Positions 10,250 to 21,267 of a stretch of 64,000 bases of DNA are shown in pieces. Position 1 is the first letter of the stretch. Each line of letters opens with the position of its first letter. The notes beneath the pieces are model-generated. The model made no database searches. It was not told where the DNA came from and saw only the letters and a list, made by a program, of their open reading frames with translations. The DNA is from an uncultured delta proteobacterium (GTDB taxonomy: Bacteria; Desulfobacterota; Zymogenia; Zymogenales; Zymogenaceae). The position numbers and the translations under genes were made by a program. The DNA lies in the NCBI GenBank assembly GCA_963735595.1, contig CAVTLK010000003.1, positions 32,001-96,000 on the forward strand, given 5' to 3'.

Positions 10250-10345
10250 CCTCTTCGTGTCTTTGTGCCTTTGTGGTGAGCGTTCCCTCTTCCTTCCATC
10301 GTCCAATGGAAAAGGACTTCACCACGAAGGCACAAAGGCATAAAG
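10250..10345. repeat. ~95-bp element with inverted CACCACAAAGGCACAAAG ends, family B
   Basis: The whole element, including its spacer, recurs in inverted orientation at 23020-23116. Confidence 0.75.
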
Positions 10346-10365
10346 AAAGTTATTTTGGATGTAAG

Positions 10366-10959
10366 CTATTCCTCTTTCTCCACCAGCCGGAAATAGCAGG
10401 TCTCATCCCCCTTTGCCATGCACGAGATTTCCCGTGCTATATACGCATCCTTACCGAAAGCCGTGTCTGCGATATACTGGATGAACCCCTCGTAGTGGGT
10501 GCACATGGACCGGTCAAAAACACAGCCCGTACAGTGCATGCAGTCAAAGCAGTCAAACTCGTCGGGTTTGCCGTCGATCTGGACGACTTTTCCCTTGCCG
10601 GAGCCGATCACAAACATCGCCAGCCCCTTGGAGAACTTCTCGCCGGCGGTAAGGCCCTCGTACTGTTCCATCAGGCGCATTTCTTCCATCACGCGCTTCA
10701 TGACGGTATATCCCGTGCGCCGCCAGATCCCGAGCGCCCCTCTATATCCGACGAGGTTTGCGATTTCGGTATAGATTTTTGCCTGTTCGGGTATTGTAAT
10801 GCAGGGGTCCCATGAATATTCGGGAGGGTTCTCGAAGACGTCAAGGAGTCCCGCGCTTCTGAAAACGATCTTGGCTCCATTCCTGCCAAGGATATCGGTT
10901 ATCCCGTCCAGCGAGGCGCGGATGGCCAGCTTCGTCGTACGTTTCTGTTGGTCTTCCAT
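10366..10959 (-). CDS. V4R (4-vinyl reductase) domain protein
   Basis: ILGRNGAKIVF, CFDCMHC...CTHYEGF and EISCMAKGDETCYF Cys pattern. Confidence 0.85.
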   Translation of the reverse strand: MEDQQKRTTKLAIRASLDGITDILGRNGAKIVFRSAGLLDVFENPPEYSWDPCITIPEQAKIYTEIANLVGYRGALGIWRRTGYTVMKRVMEEMRLMEQYEGLTAGEKFSKGLAMFVIGSGKGKVVQIDGKPDEFDCFDCMHCTGCVFDRSMCTHYEGFIQYIADTAFGKDAYIAREISCMAKGDETCYFRLVEKEE

Positions 10960-11034
10960 GTGGGTCCCCCGATGAGTCGTAAACTGTCTTTCCAGGGGCG
11001 GCGCATCGTGCAAGGTAGCGTGCGTTTCGATCGC

Positions 11035-11799
11035 TTACATAGAGAACTTTTCTCCCAGATACTTTTCGCGGGCCTTTTCGTCCGACGCGATGCGCCGCGG
11101 GGTGCCGTGGATGAGGATATTTCCCTCGTTGAGGATATAGGCCCTGTCGCAGATGCCTAGTGTCTCCCGCACGTTATGGTCGGTGATGATAATGCCGATG
11201 CCCCGCTTCTTGAGCGACAGTACGATATTCTGAATATCGTTGACGATAATCGGATCGATACCGGAAAAGGGCTCGTCCAGGAGAATAAAATGAGGGTTAA
11301 TTACCAGCGAACGGGTAATCTCTACCCGCCGCCTCTCCCCGCCCGATAGGGTGATTGCCTTATTATTTGCCAGGTGGGCGATCTTGAGGTCGGAAAGGAG
11401 GACGGCCAGCCGGTCTTCGCGTTCGGCGTTGCTGATTGGCAGCGTCTCGAGAATAGACATGATGTTCTCGGCAACCGTCATCTTCCTGAAGATCGACGAT
11501 TCCTGGGGGAGGTAGGTGATCCCCATGCGGGCGCGCTCGTACATCGGTAGCTCGCCGATGTCGTTGCCGTCGAGCATGATCCTGCCGGTATCGGGTTTCA
11601 CGATCCCTACTATCATGTAAAAACTCGTGGTTTTCCCGGCGCCGTTGGGCCCCAGGAGTCCGACGATCTCGCCAGAGTGGACTTCAAAATTTACGTGATC
11701 GACGACGACCCGCTTCTTGAAGGCCTTTGTCAGGCCTTCAACGGTAAGGAGATGGCCGTTTGCCGCTTTCGTTTGTGGATTTGTAGTGCGTGAGGACAT
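11035..11799 (-). CDS. lptB: LPS export ABC transporter ATPase
   Basis: GLLGPNGAGKTTSFYM, YLPQESSIFRK, LSGGERRRVEI and TDHNVRETL. Confidence 0.97.
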   Translation of the reverse strand: MSSRTTNPQTKAANGHLLTVEGLTKAFKKRVVVDHVNFEVHSGEIVGLLGPNGAGKTTSFYMIVGIVKPDTGRIMLDGNDIGELPMYERARMGITYLPQESSIFRKMTVAENIMSILETLPISNAEREDRLAVLLSDLKIAHLANNKAITLSGGERRRVEITRSLVINPHFILLDEPFSGIDPIIVNDIQNIVLSLKKRGIGIIITDHNVRETLGICDRAYILNEGNILIHGTPRRIASDEKAREKYLGEKFSM

Positions 11800-11956
11800 A
11801 GTTAATACCGGTTGTTATGCATAAACAATATTCGGGTGGACTCCGCTATCGGCGGTTTACGGGGAAACCCGTACGCATCGGCGTTTCCCGGAGGTGCGGT
11901 CCCATAACAAAGACGACGGCCGTCTTCCGCGGAAAAGAGCGGGACAGCCGAAACGC

Positions 11957-13009
11957 CTAAAACTCCTCCTGGGGGTAGATTGTCAGGTGGGCGCGGTTGG
12001 TGTCCGAACTCGTTACCACGCTCCGGTTTTCGTCAAGGAGGTAGACGATCTTATCGCCCTTTACCATATCGTCGCCCCGCCAGATAACAGGATTCCTTAC
12101 CAGTGTCAGTACGTTCTTGGTGTAGTCAAAGGTCATGAGGCCCGCCGTTGCCTTGATGTCGGCCTGGGTAAGACGCGCGCCGCCCTCGGCGGCGATCCGG
12201 CTAATCTTGCTGAGCTTGCCGGCGATCGAGTCCATGTAAATGGTAATAGTCGAGGCGGTGAGCCTGGCGTTCTTATAGGTAGCGACGGCCCCACCGGTAT
12301 AACGGAAGTACCCGCCCTTTCCGCTGGCTATGAAGCTACCCGACGTGATATGGACGGGGGCATCCATCCCGCCGATATCGGTGAAGCCCATTTTGTCTCC
12401 CCGGACGGACGGTGCGGAGGACCCTTCTCCGATGAGCGTGGTCGCGATATCGGATACGATTAAGAGCTCTTCGGTATCCATACTAAATTTGAGTCCCTTG
12501 CCCGTGAAATCGGCCTTGGACCCGGTGACGGTGATGAGGTCGTCGGTGGAGATTTCGTTGCGATCTGCGTTGAACAAGAGGGTATCGGCCGTCATAACAT
12601 AATCGGTGGCGGCCTTAATCTCTACATTGTCAGAAATGACGATATCCTTGGTGTCGGTATTGAGTACGCCGTTCTTGCCGGTGACGATGATCTCGTACTG
12701 ATCCTGGTAGATAAACTTGACGCGGATATCGGAAAATTCGGTTCTTGATTCATCCTTGAAAAACCGTGCCTGCCCCGATTCGATTTCGTAGAGGATCTTG
12801 CCTCCCTCAGACTCGGTGTATTTGAGCTTATCGGCCTCTATGCTCGGGGGCGCGGACTCGGAAACGGTCGTGGTCTCCTCCTCTTTTTCTTCCGCTTCTT
12901 TGAGCTTCCGAGAAGAAATGAAGAGAGATACAACAATCCCGGCAACGATCAGGATGATCAGGATTCCGAGGACGAGTCTTGTTTTTTTCATATTCATCAA
13001 TATGCCCAC
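11957..13009 (-). CDS. lptC: LptC-LptA fusion protein (N-terminal TM anchor plus two OstA-type beta-jellyroll domains)
   Basis: Lies between kdsC and lptB. N-terminal half is LptC-like; C-terminal half is LptA-like (PVHITS, LTASTITIY, VKGDKIVYLL). Confidence 0.82.
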   Translation of the reverse strand: MGILMNMKKTRLVLGILIILIVAGIVVSLFISSRKLKEAEEKEEETTTVSESAPPSIEADKLKYTESEGGKILYEIESGQARFFKDESRTEFSDIRVKFIYQDQYEIIVTGKNGVLNTDTKDIVISDNVEIKAATDYVMTADTLLFNADRNEISTDDLITVTGSKADFTGKGLKFSMDTEELLIVSDIATTLIGEGSSAPSVRGDKMGFTDIGGMDAPVHITSGSFIASGKGGYFRYTGGAVATYKNARLTASTITIYMDSIAGKLSKISRIAAEGGARLTQADIKATAGLMTFDYTKNVLTLVRNPVIWRGDDMVKGDKIVYLLDENRSVVTSSDTNRAHLTIYPQEEF

Positions 13010-13063
13010 AATAACAACGGGATGGAATTTCCTTATACCATGAGGCCGGCGATAAGTAAAGCC

Positions 13064-13597
13064 TTATTTATACCGCTGTATGATCTCGGCCCACGCGTCC
13101 TTAGCCTTGAGGATGAACTCGCACAGCTCCCTGACGGCGCCCCGGCCTCCTTCGAGATCGGTGATGATGTGGGCGCATTCGATGACCTCGCTGACGGCGT
13201 CCGAAGGGGCCGCGGCAAGGCCCGCCATGTTCATGGCGGGGATATCGATCAGGTCATCTCCCATGAAGGCGGCCTCGTCCGGCCATACGCCGGTTTCCTT
13301 GAGAAGGATCCCCATTACTTCCGCCTTGTTAAGGGCGCTCTGCCGGATGTACTGGATGCCAAGCTCCTTGCCCCGGTATTCCACGACCTTTGAGCTCCTC
13401 CCGGTAATGATGGCCGACTGAATCCCCGCACGCATAAGCATCTTGATTCCGTGGCCGTCCCGGACATTGAAGTTCTTCGATTCGGTCCCGTTTTCGTCAA
13501 GTATGATGGAGCCGTCCGTCATGACGCCGTCCACGTCAAAAACAACAAGTTTTATCTTCTTCGCGCGCTCGTACGCGTCTTCCGATTGTATCTTCAT
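13064..13597 (-). CDS. kdsC: KDO 8-phosphate phosphatase
   Basis: FDVDGVMTDG, FNVRDGHGI, GDDLID and GGRGAVRE. Confidence 0.96.
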   Translation of the reverse strand: MKIQSEDAYERAKKIKLVVFDVDGVMTDGSIILDENGTESKNFNVRDGHGIKMLMRAGIQSAIITGRSSKVVEYRGKELGIQYIRQSALNKAEVMGILLKETGVWPDEAAFMGDDLIDIPAMNMAGLAAAPSDAVSEVIECAHIITDLEGGRGAVRELCEFILKAKDAWAEIIQRYK

Positions 13598-13660
13598 GTA
13601 TCTCCCTTTCCCTGTACAATATATATACCGATCCGGTTTTTAAAGAACGCCGGCCGGCGT

Positions 13661-15205
13661 CTATTTCGGGGCGGCCCCGGATCGGTTCTTCACCGTTTCA
13701 AACATATCCTTACCCGCGAGCAATTGCGCGGTCAGGGGCATGGCCCCGCGGGCCGCATCGGCCATGGCCGCGGCAAGCCGCCTGATATCCCACTGGGCGG
13801 TCGTATCCATCCTGAGCCGGGCGACGTGGTAGAGCTCCCGGAGGTTGGTAAAGACCAGCACCCGGCGCCGGTGGGCGTTGGTAAGAACGTAGGGGGCGGC
13901 GCGCGGGTTCTCCCGCCGGACCGTTTCGTAGAGCGCCTCAGATTTATCCGTCGCCCGTTTGAAGATATCGGTCAGGCCGGCCTCCGTAATGGACGGGGGG
14001 ACTTCGACCCCGAGGCCGGTGTCGTAGTCCTGGGCGACGATGGTGGCCATGCGGTGCCGCTTGAGCTGGGCGAAGTTAGAGGCGGAGACGACCGCCTCGT
14101 AGGTGAGCGTGATCAGCTCGAACTCTCTGAGCACCCGGTCGTAGGACTCCAGGTGGGAGAACGCCGTGCCGATAAGCAGCTCCTTCCGGCGATCGGTCAG
14201 ATTCTTTACCGTGCTCATACACGAATCGAAATCGCGATTGCCGCGGGCAAACAGGAGGGCGGCGGCCAGACGTTCGTCGGCGTCGGGGGTGTAATCGATC
14301 AACTTCAGGGCGACGGCATCGCCGCCGGCCGTATCGGCGCGCCCGATGATGTCCCCGGCGATACCGGCGATCTCACCGGGCGTCCGGGTGTCGTAGGGGG
14401 TGGGATCGGTATGACGTATGACGGACGGGGCGTGGGGGAAGACCGCCTCGAAGATGAGGCGCGAGAGATCCCTGACCTCGGAGAGGGGGTGGGCGGCCAG
14501 CCTCCGGACGGTCATCTCGATGACGCGGCTGTTTGCGGTCATCCCCATCTGGGAGAGGGCCGCCAGCGGCATGACGTAGCGGGCGTCTTCCTTGGCGTAT
14601 CTCTCGACCACGCTTCTGCCCTTCGGGTCCGACCAGAGGTCGGGATACTTCTTTTTCATGAGGGGCAGCAGCCCCTCGTTCAGCGACGCGTAGGACGCGT
14701 TGAGAAACGAGACGAGCCCGGCCGTCTGTTCGGATAGTCCCACTGCGGCGATCTCTTCGGGGACGAGATAATCGCCGTGGAGGGTGATGTAGCGCTGTGA
14801 CTTTTCGGTATACGAGGCAAGCCTCGTGCGCTGAAGTTCTTCGATGGCCAGCCGGGAAACGCCGATGATATCCAGGTTGAATACGGCGTGCTCGGCGATC
14901 GACGAGTGCCCCATGCCGAAGATGATGGCCTGGTTGGAGCGCCGGGACCGCAGTATCTCGCGGGCGGCGTCCCGGCGAATCTCGTCCACCGGGCGGGGGT
15001 CCCGGCTGATACGGGCGTACCCGGCGGACAGGGTCTCGGGCGTCAGGTCTTCCGATTGCGAGAATTCGGTAAGAAAGGCCTTCAGCTCGTCCGTGAGGGC
15101 CGTGCCCTCGTCGCGAGCCGTATCCCGAATGGATTGCGCCCGCCGCCGATAATCGGCCAGCCTCTCGATATCAATGTTCATGCCGGACAGGATTACTCTC
15201 ATCAT
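13661..15205 (-). CDS. thyX: Flavin-dependent thymidylate synthase, two-domain form
   Basis: GHSSIAEH, RTRLASYTEKSQRY, EDARY, then a second repeat QLKRHRM and AQWDIR. Confidence 0.88.
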   Translation of the reverse strand: MMRVILSGMNIDIERLADYRRRAQSIRDTARDEGTALTDELKAFLTEFSQSEDLTPETLSAGYARISRDPRPVDEIRRDAAREILRSRRSNQAIIFGMGHSSIAEHAVFNLDIIGVSRLAIEELQRTRLASYTEKSQRYITLHGDYLVPEEIAAVGLSEQTAGLVSFLNASYASLNEGLLPLMKKKYPDLWSDPKGRSVVERYAKEDARYVMPLAALSQMGMTANSRVIEMTVRRLAAHPLSEVRDLSRLIFEAVFPHAPSVIRHTDPTPYDTRTPGEIAGIAGDIIGRADTAGGDAVALKLIDYTPDADERLAAALLFARGNRDFDSCMSTVKNLTDRRKELLIGTAFSHLESYDRVLREFELITLTYEAVVSASNFAQLKRHRMATIVAQDYDTGLGVEVPPSITEAGLTDIFKRATDKSEALYETVRRENPRAAPYVLTNAHRRRVLVFTNLRELYHVARLRMDTTAQWDIRRLAAAMADAARGAMPLTAQLLAGKDMFETVKNRSGAAPK

Positions 15206-16045
15206 GGCTTTCCGTAAATCATTACAATCGTTTCTTGCGCGGTCAGCATAACGACGCCGAACATCCCGATTATCGGGATGGAGCCGAGTGAGGGCGGCTG
15301 CCGAAAAGACGGACCAGTTCGTCGAAAAATCTCCCTTCGAGAAACGTCCTGAGGCCGAGCGCCAGGGTGTAGAGCCGTTCGTCGGTCAGGACGACGGCCG
15401 CCAGCAGGAAGTCGGAATAGGCCGCGATGAACGTGAAGGCAAAGACGGCCGACAGCATCGGCAGCGACATCGGCAGTACGATCCACAGTAGACAGCGAGC
15501 GGCCCGGCGCCGTCGAGGTAGGCCGCCTGTTCCAGCGAAGGCGAGATTGTATCATAGAATCCTTTGAGAATCCAGGTCGCAAAGGGAACGGCCCCGCCCA
15601 GGTAGACGAGGACCAGCGCGCCGTGGGTATCCAGTATCCTGAGAAACTGGAGAATCTTGTAGATCGCCACGAGCGACATCACCGCCGGGAAAGAGCTGGA
15701 CCAGAAAGAGGCCCGAGGCGATTGCCGAGCGCCCGAGAAAACGATAGCGGGACAGGGTCCAGGCGGCAAGCGATGTGATCACTACCGCAATCAACGCCGT
15801 GGATGAGGCCACGATCATGGAGTTGCCCACCCATGGAGAAAATCCGTCTCCCGAAAGAGGATCCGGTAGTTGTCGAGGGTCAACCCGGTCGGGAGGATAT
15901 TTCCGGCATAAAGCTCGCCCGCCGCTCGAAAAAGAGACCGATACGATAAAGAGGATCGGGGCCGCCGAGATCAGGGCAAGGACCGAGACAAACAGGCCCG
16001 TCCGCCGGCCTTTCCCACCGCTTCGGAGATCCGTCCCAACCGCAT
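15202..16045 (-). CDS. Sugar ABC permease, MalG-like; multiple frameshifts, boundaries approximate
   Basis: Fragments NSMIVASSTA, AAWTLSRYRF, LKGFYDTISPSLEQAAYLDGA and YTLALGL spread across frames. Confidence 0.75.
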
Positions 16046-16955
16046 CAGAAGGTCTCCTCCCGCTTCTTACCGAGACCGGCGCATGGCGACAATCGTGATA
16101 TGCCCCAATGGCCGCAAAGACCACGACGGCGTAGGCCGCGGCCAGGCCGTATCGACGGCTCATCAGGGTCAGCTTGAATATGTATGAGATGATGATGTCG
16201 GTAGCGCCCGCGCCCCCGATTGCCCCGGGGTAGGCCGGGCCGCCCGACGTCAGGAGGTAGATGGCCGTGAAATTATTGAACGAAGCTGTAAATCCGAGGA
16301 CCAGCACCGGGATCATGCGGCGGGTCACCAGCGGGAGCGTCAGGTAGAAGAATGATCGAAACGGTCCCGCGCCGTCGAGCCGCGCCGCATCGAATATGCC
16401 CGTCGGAAGGCTCTCTATAATACTTGAGGCGCTCACCGTCATGAAGGGGATCGCCAGCCACACGCTCACGATGAGCACCGAAATCCTGGCGGCGACCGGA
16501 TCGATGAGCCAGGGGATCTTCACGATTCCGAGAGCCCCGAGCAGGCCGTTGACCGCCCCGAAGTGGTAGTTGAACAGGCCCTTCCAGATGAGGATCGTGA
16601 CGAAGGCGGGCACTACCCAGGGCAGGACGATCAGCGGCCGGGCGGCGGCGGACAAGCCGTCGGGGCGATGCGGCGAGCATCTGCGCTGCGGCGACGCCCG
16701 ACCACGAAAGGGACCAGTATGCACGACAGGGAGTAGACGATGTTCCATACGAAGAGCCGGGTGAAGTCGGAGACGGGGCTCGTAAAGAGGTTGACGTAGT
16801 TGGCCGCACCCACGAAACGGTAGTCGTGATAATGAAAGAGGCTCATGTCCGTGGTGGAGAGGTACACGTTATAGAGGATCGGGATGATCGACAGCAGCAT
16901 GACGAGCATGTAGCGTCGGGACGACCGCCGCCGCGATGAAGGGCCGGTTCTTCAT
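16045..16955 (-). CDS. Sugar ABC permease, MalF-like; frameshifted
   Basis: FVGAANY, VLPWVVPAFVTILIWKGLFN, DAARLDGA, SFNNFTAIYLLTSGGP and TDIIISY. Confidence 0.8.
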
Positions 16956-18214
16956 TGCCTCATCTCCCGGATAACCGGCCGAAAGACGATCCTGCATGTC
17001 CGCAGAGGGCCTCGCGGGGCGAGACGGCGTGCCTGATAGCGCCGTCTCGGCCGCGCCCGATGTCGCATCCCAGATCAGGTCGCCCTCCGGGACGTTCGGA
17101 AAGGGATAGGAATCCGAGGCGATGGAAAGGGCGGTGCGCAGGTAGGGCACCGCGGCAAAATCCTCGTCCCGGTACACGCCCGGGTCGGCCATTACGAGGG
17201 TCCGTCCCCGAAAGCTCAAAGAAACGTCTGAGGTTTTCCGGCGGCAGGAGAAACGATGATAAATCGCTCGGCCCTGCCGGGATTATTCGCGTAGGCGCTG
17301 ACGCCCAGGCCCATCAGGGTGGACAGCGGCCTGCCGCGCCTGCCGTCCGCAAAGGGGGGCAGCTCATGGTAGCCGACCTCGATACCCAGTTGTTTCCAGT
17401 GGGAGTATGAGGTAGGTCCCGTAGACGGTCATGGCCAGCCGCCCCCTGGAAAAGAGGTCGGTAATAATCGGATAGGTGATGCCGATGGGGATAAGCCGAC
17501 GGCTGCAGCGTCAGGTCGGTCAACAGCGTCAAGGGCCTCGACGCCCCCCGGGCGTGCAGAGGCCGAGGTCGGCGGTGTCGATCCCGGCGAGCCCCGCGTC
17601 TCCCTAAAGATGTATGCGCCGCGGGCGTCATAAAAGGGAAACGTGAAGTAGAAGTTCGTGGGATCGGTCAGGAATCCGTAGGTATCGGCCGTGCCCGTCG
17701 CCGTCGGTGTCGGCCGTCATGCGCCCCGCCTCGTCAAAGAGCTCCTCCCAGGTTTTCGGCACCCGCTTGACGAGCTTTTCGTTGACCACCAGCCCGTAGG
17801 ACTCGACCGTCAGGGGGACGCCCATGAGAACACCGCGATAACGATAGGCCGTCGACCAGGGGGAGGGGATAGCGGGCCAGCAGCCCGGAAAAACGATCCA
17901 GGGGCGCCAGGAGCCCCATGAGGGACAGCGTCCCCACGGAGGTGTGGGAGATGCTCACGACGTCCGGCCCCTTTCCCGCGGGGGCGGCAAGCTCCAGCTT
18001 CGTGGTGATCTCAAAGAGGCCGATCTCGAACGATGCGGACGGCTATCCCGGTTTCGCGCTCGAAACGGTCGGCACTGTCTCTGAGCGCGCCGTATCTCGT
18101 CCGTGCTCATCGCCGCCCATACGGTGAGGCTCGTATCGCCGCGGCGGACGACCGGCAGCACGGGCAGAAAGAATAGACAGATGACGGCAGAAATGGCGGC
18201 GATATATCTTTCAT
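16952..18214 (-). CDS. Sugar-binding protein, MalE-like; many frameshifts
   Basis: Fragments GVPLTVESYGLVVNEKLVKRVPKTWEEL, AAPAGKGPDV and PFPNVPE. Confidence 0.65.
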
Positions 18215-18394
18215 CGATAAAGCGGGTACGTCCGCCCGATAAATCTCCGATATACGCCGTTAGTGTATGTCAGGGCGCGGGCGGGGTCAAGGATATTTTT
18301 GGCGGGTACGGGCGGGGCCGTTGCGGGACGTAAAAAGCCGCCTTTCGTTGCATGAGCATGAAAGGCGGCCGTGTTAATTGGGCAACAGGCCCTC

Positions 18395-19192
18395 TCACGC
18401 GATCCGGGGCGAGAGTCGAAAACGGGCGGCGCTTCTCATACTCACGCGCCGCTCCAGGGCTTTAGCCGCCCGCCCGTCCGCTTCTGCGAGTCGCCGACGG
18501 CCGCCGTCAGGATGACGACCGGCCAGGATCAACAGAAAGACGAGGAGCCAGCGGAGAGTGCCCTCCACCTGGCCGAAGACCTTCATCGTCGGGCCCGGCC
18601 GGATTGCCGATCGAGGTCGCCGTACCGGTACTGCAGCTGTAAAACTTCGCCGATATTCCCCCGACCAGCGCCGCGAGGATAAACGAAAATTTGATGATCC
18701 GCGATAGTCGGTGCGGTCAGAGGATCGCGGACGTACCGTCAGATAGCACGGTATCGAGGTCCCGGAACACCACGGCCGACAGCGCCACGCCCACCAGGAT
18801 GCAAATAACCAGGCCCGAGGCCGTAGACGATCAGGATCGTCTGCATCAGCTGCCCTTCTTACGGAACGAATAGGCCAGAAGGAATACCGACAGGATCACC
18901 AGGAGCGTCCACAGGAGCCGGAATCCCATCGCCTCCCACTGGTTCATGAGGCTCCAGATCCTGATGAGCCGGTCGGTCTTGGCCTCGTCCGGGTAGCGGC
19001 CGACATGGCCCCGGAAAGCGACGGCAAGCATGACGACCGTATAGACGAGCCGGGACCAGAACCTCTGAACCGCCGCCTCCGGGAACATCGTTTTGAGGAG
19101 AGAGCCAGGCCCGATTTAAGGAGAAGGGCGATAACGATCGCCGAAGACGGCCGCAACACCCACCCCGATCAGATAAATGCAAGAATGTCCAT
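18395..19192 (-). CDS. Fragmented hypothetical multi-TM membrane protein
   Basis: Successive hydrophobic segments in alternating frames; no recognised motif; boundaries approximate. Confidence 0.4.
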
Positions 19193-19195
19193 CTG

Positions 19196-19402
19196 CTAAT
19201 CCTTAAGATCGTTAAATATTTTTTTGCTCTCCGAAAACGAGATGCCGAGCGCCGTAAGGACTTTTCGCTTCGTCTCCATCCTGCAGCTTTTTCCCTTTTC
19301 GATACGGTCGATAGTCAGGACACTGACGCCCGCTTTTCGAGCCAGCTCCGATTTTGAGAGGAGCATCTGTTCCCGTATGGCGGTCAATGTATTCTTTGAC
19401 AT
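19196..19402 (-). CDS. XRE-family helix-turn-helix protein
   Basis: IREQMLLSKSELARKAGVSVLTIDRIEKG. Confidence 0.85.
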   Translation of the reverse strand: MSKNTLTAIREQMLLSKSELARKAGVSVLTIDRIEKGKSCRMETKRKVLTALGISFSESKKIFNDLKD

Positions 19403-19441
19403 GGAAAACCCAACTGTTTTCTGATATGGCACCGAAACGGG

Positions 19442-19850
19442 TTAGTATTCGACGACCGGGGGCAGCTGTTTCGCGTGGGCTACCCATTTCTCAACGTCCT
19501 TTACCGAGGGGAGCTTTCTCACGAGCTTTTTCTTCTCGTTTATCTCCTTGATCTTCTGCCAGAGGGCGTCCGGCTTTCTGTTTCTGAGTTCCTTGACGGT
19601 ATCGACGCCCGCTTCTTCCAGAAGGTCGGAGTACTCCTCGCCCACTCCCTTGATTCGGAAGAGGTCGGCCAGGTTCACCCATTCGAGGATGAGTTTATGG
19701 CCGATGCCGGTCTTGTCTTCCAACTCCTTCCTTCCCTTGGCCGTCTTGCCGCGTTCGAGGAGCCTCGCGGTGGTCTTGATGCCGACAGCCGCCCAGTTTC
19801 TTCTTATACGCGTCTCCGATGCCCTCAATGTCCTTAATAGAAGGTGCCAT
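19442..19850 (-). CDS. DUF4332-type helix-hairpin-helix protein; frameshift near 19795
   Basis: IKDIEGIG in the upstream frame, then WVNLADLFRIKGVGEEYSDLLEEAGVDTVKEL. Confidence 0.85.
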
Positions 19851-20048
19851 GGTAACTCCTTACAAAAAATGGTTTTGTTAACATAAATAATATATGAAAT
19901 TATTTTAATATGCTATAAAAGTCAAGCAATTTTAGCGCATAATAGCTATTTTATATAGACTCCGCCCCCGTTTGGCCCCAGACGGCCGCCTTTTGTCTCA
20001 GTAGTGAAACCGGGAGCGTCACGCGGACATAAATATGGTTATTTTTTC

Positions 20049-20103
20049 TTGACTTTGCCGGCCTGGTTCGGTAGAGTATTAGCGTTACTATTAGAGTAGT
20101 AAC
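20049..20103 (+). promoter_or_regulatory. Sigma70 promoter of the ornithine operon with a palindromic operator
   Basis: TTGACT-17 nt-TAGAGT (20049-20077); GTTACTA-N6-TAGTAAC at 20084-20103. Confidence 0.6.
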
Positions 20104-20217
20104 AATAGATCGGCAGACCGATGAAAAAGGATATCCGATCGCGCGGAGGACGTTGGAGGGGATTTTTCTCGTAATTATCCGATACATGCCTAACAGGGTA
20201 TATACAGGGAGGCAGCC

Positions 20218-21265
20218 ATGAGACAGCCGGTAAAAATCGTCGTATGGGGAACGGGCCAGATGGGCACCGGGATCATAAAACTCGTCTTGCAGAAAGACGG
20301 GGATGGAACTGGCGGGAGTTATCTCCGCCCGAAAGGAGCGGGAGGGGATGGACGTGAGCGGCGTCATCGGCGCAGACAAGCCGATAGGCCTCACGGTATC
20401 CACCGACGCGGCCCGGTTACTTGCCGCGGTCAAGCCGGACGTCGTCCTGCACGCCACCTCGTCCAGGGTCGTGGATGCATTCGGTGAGCTGGAGACCGCG
20501 CTGGGCGCCGGTGCCAACGTCATCTCGATCGCCGAAGAGATGAGCTATCCGCGCTACGGGTCGCCGGATCTGACCGACAAGCTTGCGGCGACGGCAAAGC
20601 AGAACAAGGTCTCGATCCTGGGGACGGGCATCAACCCCGGCTTTGTCCTTGATCTGTTGGTCATCGCTTTGACCGGCGTCTGCTTCCGGGTTGATTCCAT
20701 CACGGCCCGCCGCGTCAACGACCTGTCTCCCTATGGGCCGTCGGTCCTCAGGACCCAGGGCGTGGGGATTACCCCCGAGGCGTTCCATGAGGGCGTGGCG
20801 GACGGTTCGGTGGTGGGACACTTCGGTTTTCCGGAATCGATCAGCATGATCGCCGGGAGCCTGGGCTGGGAGATTGAGCGCATCGAGCAGACCCGGGAGC
20901 CCATAGTAAGCCAGGTCGAGCGTAAAACCCCGTTTGTCACCATAACCCCCGGGCTCACCGCGGGCTGCAAGCACACCGGCATCGGCTACATGAAGGGAAA
21001 GCCCGTCATCACCCTCATCCATCCCCAGCAGGTGCACCCCCACCTGGCAGACGTAACCACCGGCGATTATATCGAGATCACGGGCAACCCAAACGTTTCA
21101 TTTTCCGGTTCTCCGGAGATCCCCGGCGGAATCGGGACCGAGGCGCTGGCAGTCAACATGATACCGCAGATAGTCAACGCGGCCCCCGGCCTCTATACGA
21201 TGGCCGAACTCCCGGTTCCCGCGGCGATCATGGGAGACGCCAGGAAGCTGATCGGAGGAAATTAG
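20218..21265 (+). CDS. ord: 2,4-diaminopentanoate dehydrogenase; frameshift near 20297
   Basis: VVWGTGQMG Rossmann motif, ISIAEEM, LGTGINPGFVLD, NDLSPYG and GHFGFPES; directly upstream of ortAB. Confidence 0.9.
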
Positions 21266-21267
21266 CA

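Noticed and set aside
20290..20305. Programmed frameshift in ord
   Set aside because: No canonical slippery heptamer; an extra base in a short G-run is typical of sequencing error.
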